Origin: a virus | Taxonomy: Duplodnaviria > Caudoviricetes | Reading direction: 5' to 3' (one strand) | IMG/VR virus record: IMGVR_UViG_3300017914_000750 | Coordinates: 1 to 64,000 of that record | Length of the DNA: 64,000 bases | Shown: one piece after another, positions 56,069 through 64,000 of the stretch | Numbering within the stretch: the first letter of the stretch is position 1 | Layout: every line of letters begins with the position of its first letter | Position numbers and translations under genes: made by a program | Notes under the pieces: model-generated | Database searches by the model: none | The model's input: the letters and a program-made list of their open reading frames with translations, nothing else | What the model was told of the DNA's origin: nothing

Positions 56069-56925
56069 TATGGTTCACCAAACGGGTTAGTTTCACTAAA
56101 GTCTAAGTAGTTATTATCATTATCTTCAAACTCTTTGTTCTGAGCAGAAGATAGACTTTCGAAAGTCATTACATCAACAATACTATTGATAGGTCTTGCT
56201 GTATTTGATACAGTTCCCGTCAATACATCATTAACAGATAAAGTCTGAGTATTGTTTTTGATTGTAAGTTTATTAGTTGAAGCTTGCCATGTTATTACTT
56301 CACCTACAGTATATTCAGTTCCAGCAATTGTTGCTCTCAAGTCTTCACCAACTGTATAATCACCTGAACCACCCATAGTCATTTCGATTGAGTAACCTTG
56401 GTCTGCTTCTACTAGGTCTGCAGCTGAACCAGTATCGAAATCCTCTCCACTGTATTCGAACAATGATACTCTCATCTTGAATACAAATATTTTTCCTAAC
56501 TGATAGAATGGGTCGGGGTCTGTTACAAATCTAATTTCAAATAAATGACCTGTCATAGGGAAGTAAATTAAATCACCTTCATTAGGTCTGTTTGAAACTA
56601 CGAGATTAGAATCAAGAGAAATAAATCTTTCCCAAGTTCTTAAACTCATTATAAAGGTAGCATCGTCATTGATATCAACACCGAACTTAGTAACTAAATC
56701 GTCCTGACCGTCATATCCTTCTGTATTCTCTAGATACATTTCAACCGAATAGGCGTCACCAAATCTAGCTTGGATATCTTCTCCAAGAATAGTCTCCTCT
56801 TCTACTATTTGTCTAGGTAGATATAAGACATCATGACCATACATTCTAAGTGCTTCAACAACTAAATCCTCGTAGAGGTGTTGTTCAGTCGCTACTGCAT
56901 GGTTAAAGAATACATTTGTTGGCAT
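56068..56925 (-). CDS. gp14: Neck protein
   Basis: E.L..YG..V.YLPR, RPNEGDLIYFP, PFYQLG, FSETNPFG. Confidence 0.93.
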   Translation of the reverse strand: MPTNVFFNHAVATEQHLYEDLVVEALRMYGHDVLYLPRQIVEEETILGEDIQARFGDAYSVEMYLENTEGYDGQDDLVTKFGVDINDDATFIMSLRTWERFISLDSNLVVSNRPNEGDLIYFPMTGHLFEIRFVTDPDPFYQLGKIFVFKMRVSLFEYSGEDFDTGSAADLVEADQGYSIEMTMGGSGDYTVGEDLRATIAGTEYTVGEVITWQASTNKLTIKNNTQTLSVNDVLTGTVSNTARPINSIVDVMTFESLSSAQNKEFEDNDNNYLDFSETNPFGEP

Positions 56926-56929
56926 TCAA

Positions 56930-57745
56930 TTACCCCATTAAGTCCATGACTGGTAATTCATAATTCAGTCTTGACTCTTCTTCTAATTTTGTTATTTCCT
57001 CTTGTGCTTGTGCTTTCATTTCAGAAGCGTCTAGTTGCACTCCGCCTGGCAACTGGAATCCTGAAAACTTAGATAAATTTTCACCCCACTGATATTTCAC
57101 TAGTGCAGTTGCATATCTTTTTAACCACATATCATTATAGATATCTGTAAAATCGTTTGGGTCAATCTTTCTATGACATTCTATAAGTAAGTGTTCTGTA
57201 TCTTGAAAATCTTCTATAGATGCATCGATATACAATCTATTCATATGTTGTTTATATCTGATAGGTGTTTGTCCTACTAATACTTGGTCTAACATACTGA
57301 TATGTTGTTGAACCATTTCATAGTATAAAATGTTTGTAGAAGTTAAATCATACAAATCATTTAATCTTAATTGATATCTTAAATCAAACATATTAAGATT
57401 ATGTCTATCATTGAAAGGGAAGATTTTATTTACTGCAAGAACAAACTCAGGCAGAACTATATAATTCTTCTGTTGTTTGACTTGCATGTCAGCATAATCA
57501 TGAGTTCCAGCCGAAGTTTCCGTGAAGGTTTCGTCTGTTCTCATTGCGTCTATTTGAGTTTGAGTTAACTGGTGCTTCAAATAACAACGAATAGACCCGT
57601 CATAATGGTATTCTTGAAAGTATTGGACTGCCTCGTCTATTCTATCATCAAACTGGTCATCGTCCACATTAATTTCTAGAACTGGAGCTCCAAGTTTTCT
57701 CTTTATGTATTCTTTAAATGTTGCTTTTGAATTTGGTGTTGCCAT
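56930..57745 (-). CDS. gp13: Neck protein
   Basis: LGAPVLEINV, WLK.YATAL.K.QWG.NL.KF, LPGG. Confidence 0.94.
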   Translation of the reverse strand: MATPNSKATFKEYIKRKLGAPVLEINVDDDQFDDRIDEAVQYFQEYHYDGSIRCYLKHQLTQTQIDAMRTDETFTETSAGTHDYADMQVKQQKNYIVLPEFVLAVNKIFPFNDRHNLNMFDLRYQLRLNDLYDLTSTNILYYEMVQQHISMLDQVLVGQTPIRYKQHMNRLYIDASIEDFQDTEHLLIECHRKIDPNDFTDIYNDMWLKRYATALVKYQWGENLSKFSGFQLPGGVQLDASEMKAQAQEEITKLEEESRLNYELPVMDLMG

Positions 57746-57792
57746 AATAGTATAATCCAGTTATTTCCTGCTTTATACTATTTATAACGATT

Positions 57793-58053
57793 CTATTCTT
57801 GGAAATAAGTTTTAGATTGGATTCGGTCTAACTTCTCGTCAATCCTTTGAATAGACCTCATTATTTTGTCGAAATCTGCTTCAATTTGGTCTCTTGTAAC
57901 ATAATCTTTTGCGATTTCTTCTCTTGTTTTATTGACTAAGATATCTAATCTTTTTTGTTCGTTTAATACATTTCTAATTAGAAATCCTAACGGGGCTACG
58001 ATTACCGTGATGATAATGTTCCATAAGATATAAGGTGATACAGTAATTTCCAT
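57793..58053 (-). CDS. Small single-TM coiled-coil protein
   Basis: N-terminal TM; TREE.A..YVT; TATAAATA 5 nt before the ATG. Confidence 0.7.
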   Translation of the reverse strand: MEITVSPYILWNIIITVIVAPLGFLIRNVLNEQKRLDILVNKTREEIAKDYVTRDQIEADFDKIMRSIQRIDEKLDRIQSKTYFQE

Positions 58054-58070
58054 ACTGTTATTTATAAAAA

Positions 58071-58763
58071 CTACTTGACTATGTCGTAATCTTCATTCAA
58101 TGGGAAGTGATTCCAGTCGGGGTCTATATCCATTGCATGGTCATTACTCATGTTTAATTTATGAGAAACAACATTAAAGGATATAGAATATCTATCTTTT
58201 TCTGTTCTATTTGGTTCAACCATATGCATCATAGCACTTGGAAACAATATTAAAGACCCTGTTGTAGGTCTTATTCTATATGTATCCATTTGTCTTACAT
58301 TATTTGGAAAGTCTGATACTACTTTTGGGTCTTTATCGAGTGCAACAAAGTCTCCTTCATCGCCGTCTCCTTTAATATAAAAAGCACCACTATACCAACA
58401 ACCATTATGTAAATGGGGTTTATTCCATGCACCATTATCATTTATATTTGCCCATGAGTTACCTATATCTATTTGAATTTTACCTGTATTGATAGCATGA
58501 AATCCACAAATTTCGTTGTTGTAAATATCTTTTAATACTCTCATTATTTTTGTAAATGCTGGGTGTCTATCACAACCGTCATTTGATTGCCAACCACTAT
58601 ATGCATTTGATATGTTTCTACCAACTGGGTCTTTCTTTCTCATACCGTCTACAGCTTCTCTCAACATATCACAATAATCTTCTGTAATCCTACCACTCTC
58701 AATAAGATTTTCTTCGTATACTATCGTTGGAAATAGTAATCTAATTCCCTTTTTCATCGTCAC
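58071..58763 (-). CDS. Putative 2OG-Fe(II) oxygenase (TIGR02466-like)
   Basis: GWQS, SWANIN, HLH, SG.FY, FPS...HMV.PN, R.SISFN. Confidence 0.85.
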   Translation of the reverse strand: MTMKKGIRLLFPTIVYEENLIESGRITEDYCDMLREAVDGMRKKDPVGRNISNAYSGWQSNDGCDRHPAFTKIMRVLKDIYNNEICGFHAINTGKIQIDIGNSWANINDNGAWNKPHLHNGCWYSGAFYIKGDGDEGDFVALDKDPKVVSDFPNNVRQMDTYRIRPTTGSLILFPSAMMHMVEPNRTEKDRYSISFNVVSHKLNMSNDHAMDIDPDWNHFPLNEDYDIVK

Positions 58764-59676
58764 CGTCCCAATTTAATTCTGTTCTTTTCTTTTGTTCAAC
58801 TTTAAAATCAAACTCCATTTGTTCTTCTTTCTTATGCATAGGACACTCAGGTGGTGGAGTATCTTCTGAGAATAATTTTGCCTTATTAGTTTTTATCTTG
58901 GCATTTCTATAACCACCAATGTTTAATTTTTCTGAAGCTTTCCTCTGTATATATTCACCTGTTGCTGGGTCTATTTTCATATGTCCACCTTCCATTTGCC
59001 ATTTTTGCATTGACCTATCATGTATACCATGTGTTTGATACCATTCATTTGATTCTGCATAGGTATAAGTTGCATGATATTCTTCTCTTTTATATGGGAC
59101 AAATTGACATATAGGTTGTCCAGCTGGTATAATGAAAGAATGATTAACTTTAGGATAAAATATAATTTGTGCATTATCCATATTCATATTAAAGTTATCC
59201 GTATCAATGATACCTTGCCATACTGCAAAATATTGATTTTGAAATAAAAAAGGGTCTATAAAGAATGTGGAATACCCTTCGGGTGTTGTAATGTTCCACC
59301 TTTGACTTATTTTAAATGCGTCTTTGACTGGACAATCTTCACCCATGTATTCAAATATATCTTCAAATTGTGAAGACCCATGTGAAGGTGAACGGATAGG
59401 ACTATTAGGAGAGGTTACGAATATTTCATTTTCTTCGGGAAAATTCCAATCATGACCATTCATAACTGGTATATCTTGAGTTGCAATTATATACCAACCT
59501 AGTTTTAAATAATCGTCCATGGCTGGACATGACCTTAGAGTTTGAACTATTTGACCCCTATGGTGAACTTTTACTTTTGCTTTCTTCCACCATTCGGGGT
59601 GATAGTTCTTTGCAAGAACTGGTCTAAAGTTCTCAAAAGCACTTCCATCGAATGTTCTAAAATCAATTGTAGGCAT
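58741..59676 (-). CDS. Hypothetical protein (DUF6065-like)
   Basis: PEWWK, CPAM.D, W.I.TPEGYS, GIIDTD, G.PICQF.P; family commonly found beside oxygenases. Confidence 0.65.
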   Translation of the reverse strand: MPTIDFRTFDGSAFENFRPVLAKNYHPEWWKKAKVKVHHRGQIVQTLRSCPAMDDYLKLGWYIIATQDIPVMNGHDWNFPEENEIFVTSPNSPIRSPSHGSSQFEDIFEYMGEDCPVKDAFKISQRWNITTPEGYSTFFIDPFLFQNQYFAVWQGIIDTDNFNMNMDNAQIIFYPKVNHSFIIPAGQPICQFVPYKREEYHATYTYAESNEWYQTHGIHDRSMQKWQMEGGHMKIDPATGEYIQRKASEKLNIGGYRNAKIKTNKAKLFSEDTPPPECPMHKKEEQMEFDFKVEQKKRTELNWDGDDEKGN

Positions 59677-60376
59677 ATCTATCCTGTTTATCTAGTAGTC
59701 TAACTTCGTCTCCTCTCAAGACTATAGACCTTCTATCTATGTAGTTTGCATTTGAAGAAGGTGCTTCTGCACCATGTGGTATTCTACCGTCAAACATTAA
59801 TAATCTATTCGGTTTAAATGCAACTCTTCCTATTTCAAACTCATTCATGTGGTCTTCTGTTCCAGTCTCTACATGTTGACTATAAAATCTTAAATCTCCA
59901 CCCCAGTTATCATTCCAAAATGTATTTGTATAATATAGAAAAGATAAATTAAAATCATCATCAAGACTACAATCAGCATGACAGCTTCCATTTTGACCCA
60001 TAGTTTGAGAGTTGGTTCCCATATATTGAAATCGTATCCAATCAAAAGAGAAATCAGTTCTTATTTTCTTATCTATGTAATCCATAAAATATGGATAGTA
60101 AAAGTTTGATTTACATTTTACTTTTTGTCCGTTGTTTGCTCTAAAATATGAAGCACCCCATAATTCATGACTAGGTAATCCACCTCTTTTTCTATTATCT
60201 ACAGTTTGAACACAATTGTTCTTTTGCCAATTTGTTTGATTTCTTAGAAAGGAGTCTGTATGGTGGTGTAATTCAGCTGACAAATAATTGTCAAAGATAT
60301 AAACTTTATTTCCTAGTGGGAGTTCTTCAATATAGAACGGTGAATCACATTCTATTACTTCAATAGAATTAACCAT
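59663..60376 (-). CDS. 2OG-Fe(II) oxygenase
   Basis: HAD, LYY...W...WGG, PNRL..FDG.IPH, R.SIV. Confidence 0.85.
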   Translation of the reverse strand: MVNSIEVIECDSPFYIEELPLGNKVYIFDNYLSAELHHHTDSFLRNQTNWQKNNCVQTVDNRKRGGLPSHELWGASYFRANNGQKVKCKSNFYYPYFMDYIDKKIRTDFSFDWIRFQYMGTNSQTMGQNGSCHADCSLDDDFNLSFLYYTNTFWNDNWGGDLRFYSQHVETGTEDHMNEFEIGRVAFKPNRLLMFDGRIPHGAEAPSSNANYIDRRSIVLRGDEVRLLDKQDRYAYN

Positions 60377-60920
60377 CTTGTATGACTGAAGAAGGTGGAA
60401 GAGTCATTATATAATCTTCTAAATCTCTTAGAGTGTCTTCTCTAGTTACAGATATGTCTCTGTAAATACCGTCTGCAACTGTATATGTTGCATCTGCAAA
60501 CTCTAAGACCCTTCTTGCTTCAGACCTGTATGGGTGTGCTGAACCTTCTCTACCAGCATATATAGCGTCAAGAAAATTTTCAAATCCATATGCTTCACAT
60601 TGAACTTCTATATTTCTTTTTACTGCGTCATGAACTCTATCAATGAATTGATTATTAAGAGTTACACCATGAGGTGGTTCTGAATTTTCAATGTATCTCT
60701 CAATTGCATCTCTATCTGTTTCTGATAAAGGTTGAGTGTCTTGTTCATCAAAAGGTTTGTCTTTATCCCATTCTAAAATTTTTACTTCGATTTGGTCATA
60801 TACCAACACATCAAAGTCAAACCCTAAGTCTGGCTTATCAACATTTTCAAATCTATATTCTAATCCGTTTGGTTTTCTTACTAATAAATTTCCAAACTCA
60901 CAATATACTAATGCATTCAT
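60369..60920 (-). CDS. Hypothetical protein resembling tail-fibre assembly helpers
   Basis: C-terminal AYGFENF..A..A....YRSEA pattern; weak. Confidence 0.5.
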   Translation of the reverse strand: MNALVYCEFGNLLVRKPNGLEYRFENVDKPDLGFDFDVLVYDQIEVKILEWDKDKPFDEQDTQPLSETDRDAIERYIENSEPPHGVTLNNQFIDRVHDAVKRNIEVQCEAYGFENFLDAIYAGREGSAHPYRSEARRVLEFADATYTVADGIYRDISVTREDTLRDLEDYIMTLPPSSVIQDG

Positions 60921-60940
60921 AATATCTCCATTCTAACATA

Positions 60941-62479
60941 TTAGTTGTTTTTTGGCAACCCGTTTTTTACTCTATCGTAGTAACCTAACATATTTATGTT
61001 ACTCGTATCCATGCCTTTAATCCAAGGGCCACCTCTTGTATAATGGATTGCATGTTCTGTTTTTTGAAATTTTGTATCGAATCCTTCTGTTGCAATTTTA
61101 CCATGTGGTATTTTACTTACTTTATCAGTCCATTGAAACTGATGTAGATATTGTCCACTTGCAGTATTAATTAATTCGGGTGTTAGTTTCCTACAATCTT
61201 CATGACCATTATTAAAAATCATCATACTAGACCATAATTTTTTAGGATATGATACATTCTTTTCTCCACCCATTTTAACTTCGTCATGGTGTTCAAAATC
61301 ATATTGAACACATGCTACTGCATTGTCGGGGTCTAAGAAATAGAATAAAGGTAAGGGAGACCTTTGCCATATGTAATCGTTATCAATGAAGAAACTAAAT
61401 CCTTCATAGTTTTCTAAATATGGAATTAAGAATCTACTGTAAGTAAATTCAGTAGACTGTTGTGCATACTCTCTATTATACACTGGAATTTTAGAATAGT
61501 CAAGGCGTTTGACTTCTATTTTATAATCTTCAAAGAACTCTTCTCCTACACCTTTACATTTTGACTTTTCTATGCTATCATGTATTGACTTTTCTGCAAC
61601 TTCATGTATAATATCGTCATGACTTGAATCATAACCAATATAGATATTGATTGGTTTTTTCTTTGTTAGTTTATGCACCTTTCTATTAAAAGCATGAACT
61701 TGTTTTCTAAAGTCTGTTCCCCCATGGTCTATTGGAACATTGATTTCTATTTTTCCTTGGTCTGTCCATATACCACTTATATTTTTTCTTCCCTTTGGAA
61801 CTAATGAAGTCCAAAAATCTAAAAGGTTATCTACATTTAGACTTGGGTGGTTTGAAAAACAGTTTGAATAGTCTGTAACTAAACAAGTCATATCGGGTTC
61901 GTCCATTGCTTGGAATGATTGACACCTCATAGAGCCTGGGTGTATATTAAGTTTACCGTTTTTAGTGTGTCCTTGGATAGGTTGCCAGAGACCTTCTTTT
62001 TGAATATTGTTTATTAACCAGTGTGCTTTTGCAGCGTGATAATAAACTGCAGCCACTTGATTTTCTTGAACTGGGTCTTCGTCTTGACCAGTTATTTGTT
62101 CATAGACACCGTCTTCAATCATATAGTCCATTGAACCACCACCAATAGGGTGATTTTCTCTTAAATCTGCAGTCCAACCTTTATGAACAAAAGTAAAGTA
62201 ATTTAATGAAGGATTTATTAAACCACCCCATTCTTGTAGGTCTCCTTCGTTCATTAATTTTTTGATATGTTTCCATGTAACTAATCTAATAGGTGGTAAT
62301 GTATCCAAAATATGTTGCCATATTTCTTTTCTGTCTTCGATAGGTTTATGAGCTCTTTCACCTTCTGCCCATAATTGGGGAAGAATAAATTGTTCTTTAG
62401 GACGAGTTTCATATGTGAAACTATCGTTAAATAGTTCTTTTGCTCGTTCAAGGGTTTTGATTTCTTCAAATCTGTCCAT
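60941..62479 (-). CDS. Glycosyltransferase (GT-A, GT8-like) fused to an unknown N-terminal domain
   Basis: IYIGYD, STEFTYSRFLIP, DND, WSSMMIFN, HYTRGGPW. Confidence 0.82.
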   Translation of the reverse strand: MDRFEEIKTLERAKELFNDSFTYETRPKEQFILPQLWAEGERAHKPIEDRKEIWQHILDTLPPIRLVTWKHIKKLMNEGDLQEWGGLINPSLNYFTFVHKGWTADLRENHPIGGGSMDYMIEDGVYEQITGQDEDPVQENQVAAVYYHAAKAHWLINNIQKEGLWQPIQGHTKNGKLNIHPGSMRCQSFQAMDEPDMTCLVTDYSNCFSNHPSLNVDNLLDFWTSLVPKGRKNISGIWTDQGKIEINVPIDHGGTDFRKQVHAFNRKVHKLTKKKPINIYIGYDSSHDDIIHEVAEKSIHDSIEKSKCKGVGEEFFEDYKIEVKRLDYSKIPVYNREYAQQSTEFTYSRFLIPYLENYEGFSFFIDNDYIWQRSPLPLFYFLDPDNAVACVQYDFEHHDEVKMGGEKNVSYPKKLWSSMMIFNNGHEDCRKLTPELINTASGQYLHQFQWTDKVSKIPHGKIATEGFDTKFQKTEHAIHYTRGGPWIKGMDTSNINMLGYYDRVKNGLPKNN

Positions 62480-62505
62480 AATATAAAGTATTTAGTTGTT
62501 AAAAA

Positions 62506-63312
62506 TTAACTACCAATCGGAGTTGCAGGCCACTGTTGGTTTACATCTCCATCCCATCTTGCTTCAGGTGTTCTACCCTGTCTTGCATATGTAAATGGTG
62601 ACCTATGGTCGTATGTAAATGGATTTTGACCAGTTCTCTGATAAGTTGAAGGTGACCTATAATCATATGTAAACGGTGTTTGACCCGTTCTCTGATATGT
62701 TGAAGGAGACCTATAATCATATGTGAAAGGTGTCTGACCAGTTCTTTGATAAGTCGAAGGCGACTGATAATCGTAAGTAAATGGTGTTTGACCAGTTCTT
62801 TGATATGTTGAAGGAGACCTATGGTCATATGTAAATGGAACCTGTTGGTCTCTTATATTTGGTTGTTGTGCTGACCTAATGTTAGGTTCTTGAGCATTTG
62901 CAATATAAGGACTAGGTTGTTGTATTGACCTAATATTAGGTTCCTGTGCATTCACTGGATTTCTATAGGTGAATGGTGACCTATGAGAGTAAGTATTAGG
63001 TTGTCTCGCAGGTGCTTGATATGTAAATGGTGACCTATAGTTATAAGTAAACGGGTTCCTTGCTGGTGCTTGATATGTGAAAGGAGACCTGTAATGATAT
63101 GTAAACGGGTTCCTTGCTGGTGCTTGATATGTAAACGGTGACCTATAGTGATAAGTAAACGGGTTCCTTGCTGGTGCCTGATATGTAAATGGCACCCTAT
63201 GATGATAAGTAAATGGGTTCCTAGCATCGTTCTCATATATGAAAGGTTGCCTAAAAGAAAAGGGAACTGGCTGTCTAGCAGAAGAAATAAATGGTGATTG
63301 ATATGTTGGCAT
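62506..63312 (-). CDS. Pro/Tyr/Thr/Gln-rich tandem-repeat protein
   Basis: PFTY repeats; no Lys, Leu or Cys; GAGGAG RBS. Confidence 0.85.
   Translation of the reverse strand: MPTYQSPFISSARQPVPFSFRQPFIYENDARNPFTYHHRVPFTYQAPARNPFTYHYRSPFTYQAPARNPFTYHYRSPFTYQAPARNPFTYNYRSPFTYQAPARQPNTYSHRSPFTYRNPVNAQEPNIRSIQQPSPYIANAQEPNIRSAQQPNIRDQQVPFTYDHRSPSTYQRTGQTPFTYDYQSPSTYQRTGQTPFTYDYRSPSTYQRTGQTPFTYDYRSPSTYQRTGQNPFTYDHRSPFTYARQGRTPEARWDGDVNQQWPATPIGS
62623..62838 (-). repeat. 4 x 54-nt coding tandem repeat (PFTYDxRSPSTYQRTGQT)
   Basis: Visible in the translation; copies differ mostly at synonymous sites. Confidence 0.9.
63001..63216 (-). repeat. 4 x 54-nt coding tandem repeat (PFTYHYRSPFTYQAPARN)
   Basis: Visible in the translation; copies differ mostly at synonymous sites. 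Confidence 0.9.
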
Positions 63313-63326
63313 TCTCCTCTATCCTC

Positions 63327-64000
63327 CTACTTCTGTTGTCTGTTATGAGCAAGTATATCATGTGCAAAATAGTTTTGATTTCCACTTACTTTTGTTAAAT
63401 GGTATACTTTATGTAGACCTTCTAGTTTTTCTATACAGTCGACTGCATGTTTAGGTGTGTTTTGTAAAATACATGATATTGTATCAATGATTTTATCACC
63501 TTCTTCAACTACACCTGAGATTTCTCCACCCCATGCTGTTCCTTCTGCAACTTCTTGTTCCCAATCTTCCATGCTTATAACACACCAACCTTTTCCGTCA
63601 ACTTTGATTGGGTGTCCACCTGTTAGTTTTACACCTCTACCACCGAAAGATATTTCGTATAATTCACATTCTCTTGGAACCATTAGTTCTTCTACTTCAC
63701 CTACCATGATTGTTAAATTCTCATCTGCAGTCATAACCATATCACCAACTTCAACTTTTTGAATTGGCATATATGAACCGTCTTCCATCCAAATCATAGT
63801 ATCTTCTGCGAAGCAACCACCACCTCGACCACCGCCTGGGAAGAAGACTGGTTGTCTTGCTTGGAAGGTGAATGGGTTTTGGAATGCACCAGTATTCGGT
63901 TGCTGAAGGTTTGCAATATAGGTAAATGGTTGCTGAGCACTTCTAATATTCGGTTGTTGAATATTCGCAGGATATGTAAATGGTTGTCTTGCACTTCTAA
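63327..64000 (-). CDS. Repeat protein with a C-terminal Hint (intein-like) domain; 5' end lies outside the window
   Basis: Frame is open to the window end: ...QQPNIRSAQQPFTYIAN...PGGGRGGG-CFAEDT...LTGGHP...NYFAHDILAHN-RQQK; Cys1 codon at 63813-63815. Confidence 0.88.
   Translation of the reverse strand, partial: RSARQPFTYPANIQQPNIRSAQQPFTYIANLQQPNTGAFQNPFTFQARQPVFFPGGGRGGGCFAEDTMIWMEDGSYMPIQKVEVGDMVMTADENLTIMVGEVEELMVPRECELYEISFGGRGVKLTGGHPIKVDGKGWCVISMEDWEQEVAEGTAWGGEISGVVEEGDKIIDTISCILQNTPKHAVDCIEKLEGLHKVYHLTKVSGNQNYFAHDILAHNRQQK

Noticed and set aside
62506-63312. Repeat protein as a CsgG-secreted curlin
   Set aside because: No signal peptide; Pro-rich repeats do not fit curlin beta-arcs.
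682-63762. The many plus-strand ORFs in the track (e.g. 8621-9004, 44518-44919, 47527-48006, 50079-50504)
   Set aside because: Antisense shadows of well-supported minus-strand genes; no RBS or recognisable motifs.
63327-63815. Canonical mobile intein
   Set aside because: +1 residue is Arg, the C-extein is only 4 aa and there is no endonuclease domain.
62541-63994. Alternative-frame ORFs 62541-62828, 62952-63236 and 63794-63994
   Set aside because: By-products of the in-frame repeats; repeat variation is synonymous in the PFTY frame.

Overview
64 kb of an AT-rich T4-like myovirus genome, probably infecting a marine heterotrophic proteobacterium (inference; no photosynthesis genes are present). 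Essentially all genes are on the minus strand. Core T4 modules: neck/tail/terminase/head (gp13-gp23, gp3), recombination and late transcription (uvsY, uvsW, gp55, gp47, gp46) and replication (gp45, gp44, gp62, regA, gp43, uvsX, gp41), plus tRNA-Asp and tRNA-Glu. Accessory content: (i) a C5-cytosine methyltransferase / TET-JBP-like dioxygenase / ParB-like / P-loop kinase cassette, matched by an apparent window-wide avoidance of restriction-type sites unless they overlap a GpC; (ii) a late operon with CsgF, CsgG, two curlin-like proteins, FecR and a CHASE2 adenylate cyclase; (iii) Pro/Tyr/Gln-rich repeat proteins, one ending in GGRGGG plus a non-splicing Hint domain, followed by a glycosyltransferase and 2OG-Fe(II) oxygenases, with a PRMT-like methyltransferase between gp16 and gp17; (iv) a glutamine riboswitch with a DUF4278-like peptide, a ROSE-like thermometer and a two-fold symmetric RNA leader on hsp20; (v) many apparently leaderless transcripts; (vi) iscU, ahpC, def and cobS/cobT-like genes. 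All calls come from reading motifs by eye; no searches or counts were run.
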